Source of the DNA: Patescibacteria group bacterium
GTDB lineage: Bacteria > Patescibacteriota > Minisyncoccia > Minisyncoccales > UBA10102
Reading direction: 5' to 3'
DNA: 64,000 nucleotides
Assembly: GCA_024239055.1 (NCBI GenBank)
Contig: JANBVJ010000002.1
Span: forward strand, 3,874 to 67,873
In this document: one piece after another, positions 62,164 through 64,000 of the stretch
How positions within the stretch are numbered: position 1 is the first letter of the stretch
How the letters are laid out: every line of letters starts with the position of its first letter
Notes under the pieces: generated by a model
Told to the model about the DNA's origin: nothing
What the model saw: the letters and a program-made list of their open reading frames with translations, nothing else
The model's database searches: none
Program-made: the position numbers and the translations under genes

Positions 62164-62205
62164 TCTACTTTACAATTTTTTCAATTGTTTTCTGCATATT
62201 AAACA
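62164..62205 (-). promoter_or_regulatory. promoter of 61330..62163 (diverged version of the MVKGFKD promoter)
   Basis: Coding strand reads GTTTAATATGCAG-N20-TTGTAAAGTAGA-ATGGTTAAAGGA; shares TTTAAT..GCA and GTAGAATGGT with the other two. Confidence 0.4.
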
Positions 62206-62220
62206 GATCTGAGTAAAACT

Positions 62221-63009
62221 CTATTCTCTCTTTGGTGGATTTTGTTGGTCTCCACCTTGACCAGTCATGAGTCTTGCAGTCTCTAACTCCTTCTCCATCG
62301 CTAGTGTTCCTGTGTAAATTCTTTCTATCTTGTCAGTTTCCTTCTCTTCTCTAATGTCTAATGCTCTCATAACAATATTAGATATTGCAGGTTCAATTCG
62401 TGTATTCAAGAATGTAACCTCATTGTTTCTGTAGTTAATCATACCAAAACCATCAAACTCATTTTGCCATTGAACTCCATAATGATGATAGAGTATCAAT
62501 TTTTTCCAGATTTGAGGAATGTTTCTAATCTCTGCCTTCCAATCTTCTGACCTTACCCAAGCATCCTCTAATGACTTTGGGAGATTCGTTTCTTCTTTTT
62601 TTCCTAGCATTTTATGAAATATGCTTGGCTTTGCAGTATTCACATTGATTACTTGTCTTTCTGGTTGCTGTGGATCTCCCTCCTTTTTTATGTAATTTGA
62701 TTTTTGATATGACTCTGTATCACTTCCGGCAATCTCAGATACATCTTTTACAACTAGATAGACTGCCTTTGTTATGCCTGAGAGTTCTGTTTGAAATTTG
62801 ATAAATTCAGACTGAGTTGATTCTAGATACTGGTAAATGTATTCAGGTTTGTCTTTGTCTTTTTTATTCTCAAGAATAGTTTTGTAATACCAAGTGTTTA
62901 CCTTCACGAAGAAATCTGTTAACTGTTTTTGCTCTCTTGGTATCCTATCATAAGATTCCTGAAATATCTCAGCGAAATCTGATATTGCTTCTTTTTCTAC
63001 GCTACTCAT
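62221..63009 (-). CDS. hypothetical protein
   Basis: 262-aa ORF. Confidence 0.45.
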   Translation of the reverse strand: MSSVEKEAISDFAEIFQESYDRIPREQKQLTDFFVKVNTWYYKTILENKKDKDKPEYIYQYLESTQSEFIKFQTELSGITKAVYLVVKDVSEIAGSDTESYQKSNYIKKEGDPQQPERQVINVNTAKPSIFHKMLGKKEETNLPKSLEDAWVRSEDWKAEIRNIPQIWKKLILYHHYGVQWQNEFDGFGMINYRNNEVTFLNTRIEPAISNIVMRALDIREEKETDKIERIYTGTLAMEKELETARLMTGQGGDQQNPPKRE

Positions 63010-63021
63010 GTTTCATCATAC

Positions 63022-63990
63022 CTACAAATTTGCATTCACATCAACTCCCTCTTCTTCCATCAAGTCCTGATCCTGTTGGCTTCGAGATTTTCTAGTCATC
63101 ATATAGATTGCCATCGTTGCAACGCCTCCCATTGCCTGTAAGAACTGTGGAGGTATGCCACTCAATGATGGAATCATTACTGGTAGATAACCTGCAACTA
63201 TAATTGCGAAAATTGTAAGTGCAATCCATTGAATAATGTCCTTTGGCTTGTAAAATCCTGCTGGTAAGTCCGTACCAATTAGTTTTTTCTGTCCAAGTAG
63301 TAATTTTAACGTGTTAATCTTTTGCCTGTACTTGTTTAGCAACTGGTCTCTTGTCTGTAATTCTTCTTGCTGTACTTGGATGTGCTCATCTAAGCCTTCA
63401 ATGTATTCTACCTGCTTTGATGCCTGTACCATTGATGATGCTACCTTTGCTAAATCTTCTGAATAAGGTAAGATGTTGATGTTCATTTCTACTTCTTCTG
63501 GTTTCCTATCTTTCCAGACATTGAATATTACTTCGTTTTCTTCTGCTTCGTTTTTCTTATCATAGGTAGATCTTAGTTTTGCGTTTGGAATTGGTGACAT
63601 TAGCCATACATCCATCCATTGTTTGTTTGAAACTTCAACTTCAAACCTTTCAGTTGAATTGTGGCATACACATGTTTTCATATATTCCCAACCGAATGTA
63701 GCCCAAGAGAACTTTGATTCTGATTGTGAGAATGAAATCTCTGGTTCATCTAGTGGAGCAGTTGAAATTAACATTGGTGGTATTCCCCTTCTCTTTACAG
63801 TTGATGTAATCAATTCCTTTGTGTCCCTGTAGTAAGCCTGATAGAAGAACAACTGTTCATTATCTCTAAGTCTAAGAATCTCATTTATTGCCTTTGTGAA
63901 TTTTTTGTTTGATTTTAATGCACGAATGATTGATGCCCTTACAGGAGCATCATATTTGTTTACAAACATTTCGACCAGACCTTGACCCAT
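63022..63990 (-). CDS. hypothetical protein with coiled coil and C-terminal transmembrane helices
   Basis: 322 aa; IQWIALTIFAIIVAGYLPVMIP and AMGGVATMAIYMM. Confidence 0.5.
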   Translation of the reverse strand: MGQGLVEMFVNKYDAPVRASIIRALKSNKKFTKAINEILRLRDNEQLFFYQAYYRDTKELITSTVKRRGIPPMLISTAPLDEPEISFSQSESKFSWATFGWEYMKTCVCHNSTERFEVEVSNKQWMDVWLMSPIPNAKLRSTYDKKNEAEENEVIFNVWKDRKPEEVEMNINILPYSEDLAKVASSMVQASKQVEYIEGLDEHIQVQQEELQTRDQLLNKYRQKINTLKLLLGQKKLIGTDLPAGFYKPKDIIQWIALTIFAIIVAGYLPVMIPSLSGIPPQFLQAMGGVATMAIYMMTRKSRSQQDQDLMEEEGVDVNANL

Positions 63991-64000
63991 AATTACGAAC

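Overview
AT-rich 64-kb window with about 150 tightly packed, mostly short genes, almost all on the minus strand and often joined by ATGA, TTGA or TAATG start-stop overlaps. I saw no rRNA, tRNA or CRISPR array. Many zinc-ribbon, C2H2, RHH and HTH proteins, TATA-like boxes 25-35 nt upstream of first-gene ATGs, and a DNA-metabolism block suggest a large archaeal virus or virus-like mobile element; host assignment is inference only. That block holds a minimal ATP-dependent DNA ligase, a Ku-like protein, an SNF2 helicase, a SWIM protein, an OB-fold protein, a HerA/FtsK-like ATPase, MazG, HNH and a methyltransferase. I recognised no capsid, portal or terminase gene. Main finding: about 19 kb (42795-62163, plus a distal copy at 72-614) encodes 24-25 proteins. 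They share a basic N-terminal leader of about 40 aa (MKGFKDSNNKFHPIT..KGTRKSRDQ..KT.GV.I.RK) fused to unrelated C-terminal bodies: ADP-ribosyltransferase-like, HExxH, zinc ribbons, very acidic bodies. They lie in two long coupled operons behind a conserved promoter, and one member is frameshifted at an A9 run. I read this as a possible effector or cargo arsenal with a common targeting tag. Other signals: a 10-mer GACACGTACA in 12 same-orientation copies, mostly in intergenic promoter regions; a triplicated promoter and 5' module including a mini-uORF; an orphan receiver domain; a GHKL-ATPase/HExxH fusion; an MscS-like channel; and a 52-bp tandem repeat next to a 40-aa Arg/Lys-rich ORF.
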